DNA of 64,000 bases from Phyllobates terribilis. Its lineage: Eukaryota. Of this stretch, positions 39,122 through 50,080 are shown piece after piece. The position numbers and the translations under genes were made by a program. A model generated the notes under the pieces. It ran no database searches, was not told the DNA's origin, and worked only from the letters and a program-made list of their open reading frames with translations. Positions within the stretch are counted from its first letter, which is position 1. Each line of letters opens with the position of its first letter. The stretch spans positions 341,186,001 through 341,250,000 of the forward strand of contig NW_027362769.1 of the NCBI RefSeq assembly GCF_046119375.1. The letters are read 5' to 3'.

Positions 39122-39403
39122 AGGAATTGTCCACTACTTTTATACCCAGCAACCCCATCAATCAGCTGTTTTCAGCTGGGGGGTGGTGCAGCCGGATGTG
39201 CACAGTGTATGAAGCTGAGCCGCAGGGCTGCGTTCAGTTTGTAGTGGGTGTAGCTGTGCTGTTTTGGCTGTGTTTGGTTATATTTATCTAACACCAGAGC
39301 TGAAAACAGCTGTGGGGCTGCTGGGTGTAAGACCCTCATTTATCTGCTTTTGATGTCCTTTCCTAAGGATGGGTCATCAGTATCAAGGTAGTGGACAAGC
39401 CCT
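39122..39403. mobile_element. T2/Kolobok-type MITE
   Basis: TTAA on both sides. TIRs AGGAATTGTCCACTAC versus AGGGCTTGTCCACTAC. Confidence 0.7.
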
Positions 39404-39933
39404 TTAATAAAGAAACTGTCACTCTATTGTCCCTCGCATCAGTGACCAGTGAGATCTCTCAGACCTTCATAACCTGTCCACTACTGTGACAACCCCTTCT
39501 TAAATAATGTATTCATCAGGGTTAACCGATTCTCAATTCCCACACCATCAGCTTCTCCAGCAATGTCAACGCTAGGTCTGGGGGCACTAGTGTGACTTTG
39601 TAATGCCACGTGAGCGCTGCAGCTGATCAGCGACTGCTCTCGGGCTGTCTCACTCTTTCCTTGGACATACATCTGAGTTTTGTTCAAGAGAAGTTTTGAG
39701 AACCACATCCCATTAGCTGCCACTGATTGGCTGCAGCTCTCTCATGGCATGACCATGTCACACATATGATCTGATGCTGACATCACTGGAAAGACGCCGG
39801 CGCGGGAGTTGAGTACCTGTTTAACTTTACAGTATGTAAGAAGATGTTATTCCAGTAATGGCCAACATCTTTATAATTGAGAAGTGACAACTGTTTCCAG
39901 TTAAGACATATAGAGGACTTTGCAGCACCTTCA

Positions 39934-40336
39934 GGGCCGGTGCAGACAATTGTATTATCATTCCTATTGTGATCTGACAACACATCGGATCGCACCCGGA
40001 CCAGTGTTATTCTATGGGGCCGTGCATATGTCAGGTTTTTTTCCTTGGACCAAGCCGAAAAAAATCACTGTATGCCAAAGTGTGATCCTATATTCGGTTT
40101 GCACTCTGCCATACAAGTCAATGAGTCCTTGGAAAACATCGGACTGCGCTCAGATGACATCTGAGTGCAGTCTGATTTCCACGGACAGAATGGAGAAGAT
40201 GGAGACTTTTTTTTTTTTTTTTTCCTCCATCTTCTGCTCATCCGAGCGAATTTGATCACACTTTTATTAAATTTTGATTTGCGTAATCGACCCGATTCTC
40301 TCGGATGAAAGAAAATACGCTCGTCTGCACCTGCCC
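39934..40336. mobile_element. PIF/Harbinger-type MITE
   Basis: TCA duplication (39931-39933, 40337-40339). TIRs GGGCCGGTGCAGAC versus GGGCAGGTGCAGAC. Confidence 0.7.
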
Positions 40337-40413
40337 TCAAAGGGACCAATTAAACAAGAAAAAGTGAATGCCTAAAAGAAGAAAAGGTTACCCAGGCCAA
40401 ACTAAAATGTTAA

Positions 40414-40771
40414 AGGGGTATTTCCATCTCCAAGATCCTATCCAAATATATAGTAGATGTAATAATATTAGCAAATACCTCCAACTAGTAATGTAGCATA
40501 GTTCTTCTGATTCGCTATGTCACTTACCTCATGTGCAGGGCAGTGGAGTAGCTTAGGTATCCATGGTTACGACCACTCATATAGTGACAGTTAGTTGTTA
40601 GTGGTCATAATTGCCATGGGCATAATCATACTGCCATGCCCTGCACATGGGGTAAGCGACATAGTTAATCAGAAGAACTATGTTAAATTTCTAATTGAAG
40701 GTATGTGCTAATATTTTTATTATTACACTTACTACATATTTGGATAGGATCTTGGAGATGGGAATACCCCT
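40414..40771. mobile_element. T2/Kolobok-type MITE, almost fully palindromic
   Basis: TTAA on both sides. TIR AGGGGTATT(T/C)CCATCTCCAAGATCCTATCCAAATAT, with imperfect inverted pairing extending about 150 bp. Confidence 0.85.
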
Positions 40772-41574
40772 TTAAGTTTGAGAGGTTAAAGGGTTATTAC
40801 CTATCCAAAGGTTAGGTGACAACTTGCATATGGCCTCTGAATCTCCAGACAAAGGTTGTGAAAATTCCCTATCTGGAGCATGTGGGCTGGTCCTAATGGA
40901 GCAATGCCTCCCTGGTGGCAGATTCCTTGAAGATGGTGAATTGCGGTCCTTGCAGTGTGAGTATTCCCAGCCATCGTACAGCCGGCTCCACATTGCTTCC
41001 CCACGCATCTCTATAGAGGTTGTGATGGGGGTCTGTTGTCGCAGATTTCTCACTCGTCAGATTGGTCCTCTCGTAGTGCGTGGGCTGCAGCAGCGCTCGC
41101 CAAAGAGGAAGCTCTTCAGTAGGATGGTTGGCATAACAAGCCCTAGATGCCAGCAAATACCTTTCACTCCCATCCAACAATTTCATCATTAAGTTTTTCA
41201 ATCAAAACAAGCTGTTATTTGGTGCTAGAAGCATAGACTGTTAATTGGGGGCAATCACTTTCCATTAACGACGCTCTTTTCTGGAACAGAACCAAGACTT
41301 TCACATCCAGCACTGAAACATTAAAGGGACAGACATTCCCATTTTCAGAAAATGCTTGATTGTGGAAAGTGTGGGGGAGGGATGTGACGTGACTATAGGA
41401 TCGGACCCTATCCATATCCAGTGCAGACCCAAACATGGAGTCCCATGGGTTTAAATGCAGAGGATTGTGCTATTCTTTCTAGTTTCTGGATCAGCAAACT
41501 CTGGAGAAAATATGCATAGATGGCCATTTCAGTGATCTCATAGATATCTATATTTTATTGGCTTTATTTTGCAG

Positions 41575-41699
41575 GTTCGCCTCGCTGTTACTACCGTGGT
41601 GGGCACCTGGCTTTTGGAGCTGAGGGATCGATATTCCTATTTCCATAAACTAATACCTCTTCTGCTGAGCAGCAGTACAGATGAGATCCCGGACATCCA
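41575..41699 (+). CDS. DNAAF5: DNAAF5 exon 3
   Basis: TTTTGCAG acceptor, 125 nt, [41 protein letters not shown], donor CA|GTAAGT, phase 2. Confidence 0.95.
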
Positions 41700-43744
41700 G
41701 TAAGTTATTAAATATTCACATTTAATTACTTTATATGTTACCACTAGGAGATTGAACACTTGAAGCTAAATGCTGGTACATAAGAAAGGAGATCAATGAG
41801 AGTCCCAGCAATAGGACCCCCTTACAACTGTGTTCTGAATATCAGTGACAAATCCTTAAAGGGGTTGTCCGATCCTTTGCTAAAAGTCTGCAGTCACTCA
41901 TACTTCCAGTTATGTTGCATCTAGCAATATGCGACCTCCCTCATTTCACTTCACGCCATCCCAGTCTTGTTCATTGGTCGTAAACTAGAAAGTCTTGAAA
42001 TACTGCAAGGGCTCGGAATATTTAATTGCTCTTGTAAATAATTGATATCCTATAGGGTACAAGATATACAGATCTATTTTATTAAATAGTTCTGTCTATG
42101 AAGGGGTGAAGAGGGATATTTTGCCTTTGGTCAACTGGTGTTCATATCCTGCAGCTATCTGCACAATCGCAAGGTCCCATTGGGTTTCCATGCTAGCCAG
42201 GGACCTACTGAAGACTACTTCTTTACCAAATCTGGTCTACTCTGTGCTAATGGACTCCCTCCCCATTATGCCAAGGTATGGCAGTCCCAGAGATGGCCAC
42301 ACTGTGCACCATTAGTACCCCTCCCTATGGTGCAACCCATCTCTCCTCTTCCTTCTGACGTGGAGCGCTGGGGCTCCTCTTCCTTCTGACGTGGAAAATC
42401 CACAGGCCTGATAGCAGATCACGTCTGTGATCAGATGGTTGAGTGCCTCAAATAAGGGTATTGCAAGCCGCATATGGCCGCAGGTTGTGCACATCTGCTT
42501 TGAACCAACAGACTAATACAATAATGAAGAAATGAATCAACCGGACACCTTAGTGACATCTGACAGAACCCATGAGGGCCGTCCGGAGCTGCCAGCATCA
42601 ATCATGTGAAGAATTGGCAGAGCTGCTGAGCGCAGTGATTGGCTGCAGCGGTTGTGTGCACTGTCCGCTTGACGTCACCACAGCAGCCAATGCCAGCATA
42701 GAGGCATTGTTGAGGCCGGGGAGGGTAAGTAACAGCTCCATTCATTATTTTATACTAGCCTTTGCATAGCTGAAAGTTTACCCCGGACAACGTCTTTTAA
42801 AAGGAACCTGTCATCAGGTTTTACCCCTTATGTAAAAGTAGAGATGAGCGAATCAATCACAGAACCCTCTTCCTGAGGCCATGTCAGTAGACAATGGCTG
42901 CTGAAAGGGACCCTGCAAACTTTTTCCTACATCCTTTGGGGCCCCTTCTGATTACTAAGCCCTGCCCGACTTCATTCGTCATATCAGAAGAGGCTTGGGT
43001 ATACTGGTATATAGGAGGATGTTTGCAGGGCTCCCATCCAGTGGCCATGGACTACTAATGTAAGCCACTGAACTGGGGACCTGCAAATCAATTTACTTTT
43101 CTTTAATTAGGAACGCTGCATCAGCCCCCACTAACATTTCTGCCCATCCAATTACTATAGTGTTGCAGCAATAATTGGAAAGACACCGTTTGATCCCGAC
43201 ACGCTACATATTTAAATTACCAAGACTAGTCCGAGTAATTAATAAACCCTTTATGGAGTGCAATACCATGGCTCCGTACACTGTGTAGTGGCCGCTGCTG
43301 GGTACTGGGAATCATTCCATTTAATAGGAAATGATTAGAGATGCGCGAACCCGAACTTAAAAGTTCGCCGTAAAGTTACTGTCTGGTGCTAAACGCCAAA
43401 CATAGACTTTTCCCGAGAGAGAAATTTATTTTTTTTCCAGCTCAAAAGTTCTGGATCCTCAGGTCTTGTGCATTAGAACTTGCAAGCACTTCCCGGAAGT
43501 TATCCACAGTGCTGGATCCAGACAGCTTCAGTCACCCTGTGCTGAGATAGCCCTGAAGGAGCCTCTGCAGCGTCAGAGAGAGCACGATTCAGGCCAGCGG
43601 GGCAACCATGTCATTGGCCTAAACTATAAGTCTTCAGGAGTGCACTGTCCACTTGTAGCAGGAAGCCGGGGAGCACTGTGCTCCTGTGGAGCAATCACGA
43701 GACAACTTCTTTTAGTAAAGGAATATTAAGTGATAAGGAATTTA

Positions 43745-43835
43745 TTTTGTGAGCCCCAATTGGGGACAGTCACGATGTCTGTAAAGCACTGCGGAGTATG
43801 ACTGTGCTATAAAAGTAGGCATAAATAAAATATAA
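43745..43835 (+). mobile_element. 3' fragment of the SINE family seen at 33068-33333
   Basis: TGTGAGCCCCAATTGGGGACAGT...CTGTAAAGCACTGCGGAGTATG followed by an A-rich tail. Confidence 0.6.
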
Positions 43836-43901
43836 AACCAAAGAATGAGACTGTGGTTGATCAGGTTTTATTGGCCACACTTGTGAGATGTACAGTTCCA
43901 A

Positions 43902-44874
43902 TTAGAAGCATCTTCTGTGGCCGATACTTGGTCCTAGTTCCTGGAATTCTCCCTTTTATCTACATTTTCTGGAAAGCGGAAAGGGTTGAGCGAATGGATC
44001 CTCCTCTAAATACAGTGGTCATCCTATTGGTGGGGAGACCAGAAGTTCACTGGACACTCAGCGGGAACTATCTCTAAAGTTATTCTTCAGGCGACACTCA
44101 ATTCCTGGGAAAAGACTTGATCCTCCAGACAAAATATTTGAGATCTCTGGACATTGATACCTTTGGTCATAGATTTTGCTGATCTTCCCATGAGGGAGTC
44201 TGTATTCTTCTTCCAGCTCTCGAGGTCTTCTTAGTAACTCTCCAGCTATGTCCTGTGCTACGTTGCAGAGCTTCTTGATGTCTCTTGAAATTTCCCTTTC
44301 AACTGAACTAATGAAACGGATCCCACATTCACTTAGAATCCGCATGAGATTATCCGTTTGATTCCTTCCTGCAAGATCGAGTCTTGAGACGGCAAGCATG
44401 GGACAGTTGCCCTCAAATATTGGGACAGTATGTGTCACACCTTCACCAATATCCAGCCCACACCCAGCTGTCCTGCTGGAAGAATAAAGAGGCTACACAG
44501 CTTGGATGTCTGGGACTTCAAAATGTTCATAAAGTTCTTCTGCCATCCTTTCGTGGTGGCTCTGTGATGAGTAGTGGCCTTTAATGGATTTATCTCTAGG
44601 TCCAGGTATAGACATGATCCCAGATAAGCTCCATGTCTTTCCACGATGTAACCACACCGTGCTCCACAGGGGAATTCAGGGATAGTGTTCCTCCTCTCAA
44701 ATGGGCTTCCTCCCTGACTTAAAGCTCTTTGTCCGGCTTTGATGATTGCAGACTTGTATTTTGCTCGGCCAAGCAAATTTGGGGGAGTGAAGAGTGGTTT
44801 TTACCTCCAGACGTTCCTATTTTCATCATACCTGACCCATTGTCAGTGACCACAGCAGGAAGAGATGCGTCCAT
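43902..44874 (-). pseudogene. Intronless, decayed actin-related gene (ACTRT-like) nested antisense in DNAAF5 intron 3
   Basis: Frame-hopping translation gives AVVTDNGSGMMK, LLGRAK, PVEHGVVTSWKDMELIW, LLITEP, LDIGEGVTHTVPIFEG, RLDLAGR, YRLPHGK, QRYQCPE, ILSGGSSLFPG, GGSI, EFQELGPSIGHRRCF then TAA at 43902. Several frameshifts and stops, and an internal deletion of about 30-35 codons near 44140. AATAAA at 43867-43872. Confidence 0.88.
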
Positions 44875-45365
44875 GATGGTGACTTGGAAGATGATCACTG
44901 AGCATTGCTTGTCTACACGTCTGATGGAACGAGTCACAATGGAGCACTAATGCTACCGGTCAACTATATTTGGTAACAATGGGAATCTGCACCAGTGTTA
45001 ACCCATTAATGACAGTGTCAATTTTTTTTTTATAGTTTTTGAACTGTCATATTTATTTATTTTTCCGTGGGGGCTAGTATTTTTTTATTTTTTTTTTTTA
45101 CGTTCCCAGCTGACTATGTACAAATTTTAAATTAGGTTTGATAAAAAAATATCTGTATATCTTGATACATCTTGATACCTTTGACTATAGGATACAATAG
45201 AAGTGCAGTTTGTTGCTTCCGATCCAACGTGACACCTGCACACGCGGTGCCACCAGCAGACTCGCTAGTTTACACCCAGAATGCGCGACTGGATGGCGCA
45301 GTCAATGGAAGAAGCTGCCGAGCCGGAGTGGTGCCTGCTGCGCATCATGGGGAAGTGGTGCAGAC

Positions 45366-45663
45366 CAGGGCTGTGGAGTCGGAGCCCATTTTGGCGGAGT
45401 CGGTATAAAATGGACCGACTCCTAAAAAATATAATAAATTGGGTACAGCAGTTCAATGCAGTTTGTGGGGAATATTTTTTCATCAGAATTTGGGAAAGTT
45501 ATGAAATGTCCTATTCCTGATCTAAGGGTCTAGACTTTTAGCTGAGATGAATCTGTGCTACAGTAAATTCATCACTTAAACATGAGCCGTGTATGAGGGA
45601 GTCGGTGTCATGGAAATTGAGGAGTCTGAGTCGAAGGTTTGGCTTACCGACTCTACAGCCCTG
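45366..45663. mobile_element. hAT-type MITE
   Basis: TIRs CAGGGCTGTGGAGTCGG versus CAGGGCTGTAGAGTCGG. 8-bp flanks GTGCAGAC and GTAGAGAC match at 6 of 8 positions. Confidence 0.7.
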
Positions 45664-46224
45664 GTAGAGACCAAAGGATGACGGGAACTCTGACGAAATC
45701 CTTTGTAGCCACTTCTGGCTGAAGTTGGCTCATTTACATGATAAGTTTGTGGATGTTTTTTTTTTCACTTGTATATCATTTTTATAATAATTGCTGTTTG
45801 TTATTAGGTTCTGTTTAAGCCCTTCCCGCTGTTGCCAATTTCCGTGTTTTTCTTTTTTTTTTTTCCCTTCCCCTTTTCCAAGAGCCATAGTGTGTGTGTT
45901 TGTGTGTTTTTTACATCCACGTAGCTGTATAAGGGTTTATTTTATTTTTATTTTTTTTGCGGGGTGTGTTGTACTTTTTGAATGACAACATTCATTTTAT
46001 CATGTGATATACTGGAAAGCAGGAAAAAAATTCCAAGTGCAGTGAAATTGCAAAATGAATGCAATTCCACATTCGGAAAATTTTGATATATTATTATATA
46101 AAAATTTGTTTTTGTCGCAAATTTCCGAGACCCATGACTTTTTCAATTTTCGGGATCTGGGGCTGGGTAAGGGCTTATTTTTTGCGCCCTGTGCTGCCAT
46201 TTTTACTGATACCATTTTGGGGTA

Positions 46225-46225
<1 letters not shown>

Positions 46226-46263
<38 letters not shown>

Positions 46264-46271
46264 ATTATTAT
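46226..46271. repeat. (TTA)n microsatellite
   Basis: Direct reading. Confidence 0.9.
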
Positions 46272-46880
46272 CTTGTTTTGATCGCCTCTTGTTGCATCCA
46301 ACTGCAATGCTGCGGCAGTCAGAAAAACTTATTTCTAACGTTTTCATTTTTTTTTTTTTTCCCCATTAACGCTGTTTACCGATAAGACTAATTTTATATT
46401 TTGATAGATTGGACTTTTACAAACACAGTGATTTTGAACTTTTTTTTTTACTGTACTTGTTAGTCCCCTTAGGGACTTGAAGCTGCAATCATCCAATCAG
46501 TTGTGATAGCAGTACTGTGGTATTGCTGTCTATGTATATATGAACATTATGGTCCCCTATGGACGCCAGCTACAGGCTGGCTTTCACAGTACCGTCATGA
46601 CAGGCAGAGGGTTCTTCAGCAGACCCCCGGCTTTTATGCCAACCCATCGGCGCCCCACAATCTACGTCATGGGTGCGCCGATGGGCGCATAGATTGACGC
46701 CCCCGCCGGTGCGCATCAAATGCTGCAGTCAGAGATTGACAGCTGCATTCAACAGGTACTGATGTAAAATCCTGACCACATACTGAACGTGTGATCGTGG
46801 CCAAATGTTAATGGTATCTATTTATGTGTATGCCATTTTAGTTTTATTCACTGTTCTATTTGTTTTTTTCCTAATTTTAG

Positions 46881-46999
46881 GCAGACCGCCCTAGATTATT
46901 GGCAAAAAGTTGGATTACAGTGGGAAAAAGAAAATGAAGATGATTTAAAAGATAAGATGGATTTCAGCGCACCGTGCCCTACACATTATCCACCAGGAG
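46881..46999 (+). CDS. DNAAF5: DNAAF5 exon 4
   Basis: TTTTAG acceptor, 119 nt, [28 protein letters not shown]...HYPPG, donor GAG|GTGAGT. Phase 2 in, phase 1 out. Confidence 0.95.
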
Positions 47000-47328
47000 G
47001 TGAGTTGTCATGATGGGCATACATCAGTTATAGCGGTAAATCAGTCTAAGCATGTTATCTCGTATCCACCAGATAGCTGATAACCGTAAAATCGATGGTT
47101 ACTGCCGGGACCTCCGCCGATTGCCAGAATGGGGGGCACGACGGCAGCTGGAGGGAGGTCACCCCAACAGACAGTACATTAGGCTGTGCCTGTGCAGATA
47201 TCTATGGTAGACCAAAGGGGCCATGTTGCTAACAGTTGACAAGGGGCAGCGATTGCGAGATATAGAAAATGGTTCTTGAGATTGTACATCAGATATATTT
47301 CCGTTCTTACTCCCCTTTTTCGTTTCAG

Positions 47329-47561
47329 TGCAGAGACCTGGATTGGGATGTCGCGAGCTAATATTTCGAAATCTCTCGAAAATTTTGCCTGCTGTCAGTC
47401 ACGACATGACAGACTGGGTGCCTGGTACCCGGGTGAAAGCGGCACAGCTCCTCGTAGTCTTGTTGGTTCATGCCGAAGATCACACCACGCAGCACATGGA
47501 GCTTTTGCTCAGCACCTTATACCGATCTTGTTTGGATGAAGAGGAGAAAGTGGTCCGCAAT
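47329..47561 (+). CDS. DNAAF5: DNAAF5 exon 5
   Basis: TTTCAG acceptor, 233 nt, [20 protein letters not shown]...[14 protein letters not shown]...DEEEKVVRN, donor AAT|GTGAGT, phase 0 out. Confidence 0.95.
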
Positions 47562-48456
47562 GTGAGTTAGCAGTTCTTCACTCCATTTCTGTGAATACTA
47601 CAAGCCAGCATATTTAGGGTATTTATTTTCAGACATTGTGGTTTTGTTGAGGATCTGGGTGAGGATTCTGCACCGGAAATAAGCAACACATTTACGGTGT
47701 AGAAAAACCTCATTTACAGGCTGCTGAAAAAAATAGCACACTTTAGGACATGCAGAAAATAATTGCCAAATTCCCAGCTCGCCGTGCATTTGCCACTTTT
47801 TCAAACTTTGCAATGTAAAATCCATAGCATAAAAATTTCATTACCCCCGATGTCTCTGCTAAAACACAATACATAATTCTGTATAAAGACTAATGCAAAG
47901 GAAAAGTGGAGTTTTAGCAAATGGCAAGGACATTTTTTATTTTATCGATCAGATTAAAAAGCATTTTTTTTCTTGTCACCCATGACGGCACAACGAGAGA
48001 GGGGATCCGCCCTTCAAGGAGAGGAAACCTTCAAGATAAAAAGGGCGGCACCTCTCTCAGCCTCAGTGGTTTCCGGTTCTTGATGGGAGCCCTTCCTTCT
48101 CGTCGGTGGCGACAGCATCGGGATCATCTTACCTGGGCCGGGGCCGGTCGGTTGTGGCAGGGCACAGTCTCTGCTGCAGCCAGTCCCGTGGGTCCTGGAA
48201 GCGCCGCGAAGGGCGCCGACATCTGGTCTCCTCGCGTGCGGACGGGGGTTTGCGGCACCTACACAGCACGGTAGCCGGCAACCCCACATTCCGGCGGAAG
48301 TCGCGCCCCGATGACGCGCGTCGGGACCTCTGACCCCCGGATGTAATTTCCGGGGGAAGTACCGGAAGCTGCGGGAGCGCCGGCCGGTGATCTCCCTGGC
48401 ACAATGAGGGTACTTAAGGGTAGATCACCGGCTAGACAGGGGCGCAGTGCACCGTA

Positions 48457-50080
48457 ATGGCCTCACAGCAGCCCTCCCCACTGCATCAGCAGCAAGAGCA
48501 GCAGACCATGCTGCAGCTGCAGCAGCCCGAGGTGATGGAGCAGCCGCAGCAGCCTCTGCGCCAGAAGCGCACCCAGGATCAGCATCCACCGCAGAGCAGG
48601 AGCAGTGGGCGTTCTGGGACACGCAACACCAAGGATTCAAGATCCAGCCGGCATAGCTCCTGCAGGATCAATGATTCCGCGGTCTCCCAAGGAGAAGTAT
48701 CGGATACCGTCCTGCCTCCCTTTTCAGTACCCTGTTTTTATCTACTGGGTGGTGAGTGAGCTACGTGAAAGTCGACGTATTAATGTAGACTTTTTTTCTG
48801 TTTTATCTCTCTCTCCTTCCTCCTTTATATGGTCAGGATGTCCCTAGGAAATGTACGAGGAAATCCAAGTACAGAGTATGTGCCCTGTGTGAATGGGGTC
48901 TGACTAAAGACTGGCCCAAAAAGTTATTCCAGTCATGTATTGAGGAAACAATTTCGGAGGGAACCCCGGATTTTGCTTCAAATTTAAAGTCCCTTATTAG
49001 GTCTGAGGTGGAAAAATCGCTAAAATCATTTTCCCAGGCAAAACAAGCATCCCAGACCCATAGAGCAAAAACCCCATCCACCCTTTCAGACTCTGAATCT
49101 GACGAGGGAATGCTGGATGACTCCACTGACTCTTCCTCTTCGGATAGCGAGGCAGGCACAGGTCATTGCTTTCCCCTAGAAAGTGTTGATAGCTTAGTAA
49201 AAGCCGTCAGGTCCACAATGGGGTTAGTTGACCACAAGGCAAAAAAATCGGTACAGGATATTATGTTCGGTACTTTGGATCGGAAAAAACAGAGTTTTTC
49301 CAATTAACGATAAGGTACAGGGACTTATCAAGAAGGAGTGGGATAGGCCGGAGAAAAAGGGTCCCCTTCCATTGTCCTTCAAAAGGAAATATCCCTTTGA
49401 TGAGGAAGATACCGCATCCTGGAATAAAGCCCTGAAGCTGGATGTTGCGGTGTCCAAAGCTTCTAAAAAATCTTCTCTCCCTTTTGAAGACACAGGGATG
49501 CTGAAGGACCCACTGGACCGGAAGGTAGATACCTCCCTTAAGGGTACTTGAGAGTCATCAGCAGGGGCATTGAAACCAGCCATAGCTGCAACCTGTACTG
49601 CAAGATCCCTCATGATTTGGTTAGACAGGTTAGAAGACCAAGTTAAAAACAACGAGTCACAAGACTCCATTCTGGCCTCTCTACCTGTATTGAAAGGAGC
49701 TGTGGCCTTCTTATCAGACGCCTCTGCGGATTCCGCCAGATTAGCAGCAAGATCTGCGGCCCTGTCTAATGCCGGCTGTAGAGCAGTCTGGCTGAAATGT
49801 TGCCCGGGGGATATACAGACTAAAGGGAAGCTATGTTCTCTTCCGTGTGAAGGAGATTTTCTTTTCGGTACCTCTCTTGACACAATTCTTGAGAAGGCAG
49901 TTGACAACAAGAAGGGATTTCCTAAATCTTCCTTCTCGGCTTTTAAGCAGTCCTTTCGGAGGAAGAAATTTGGCCGCAGAAGGACATCCACAGAGCAATC
50001 TAGATGGGAGGATCGTTCCAGAAAAGGGAAAGGGTTTTTATTCGGCGGCCCTCCCAGGATAGTCGCAAACCGCCAAAATG
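48457..50080 (+). pseudogene. DIRS1 ORF1 (gag-like), disrupted
   Basis: Q-rich leader (48457-48751), degenerate Cys motif CALC...FQSC (about 48870-48940), Ser/Asp-rich linker, then KEW..P, LKDPLDRK and VWLK...KLCSLPCEGDFLFG. Frameshift near 49285 and TGA at 49549. Confidence 0.75.

Noticed and set aside
43830-43867. T-rich tract downstream of the actin-like AATAAA as a native downstream cleavage element
   Set aside because: It coincides with the A-rich tail of the SINE fragment on the plus strand, so it is not independent evidence of a functional 3' end.
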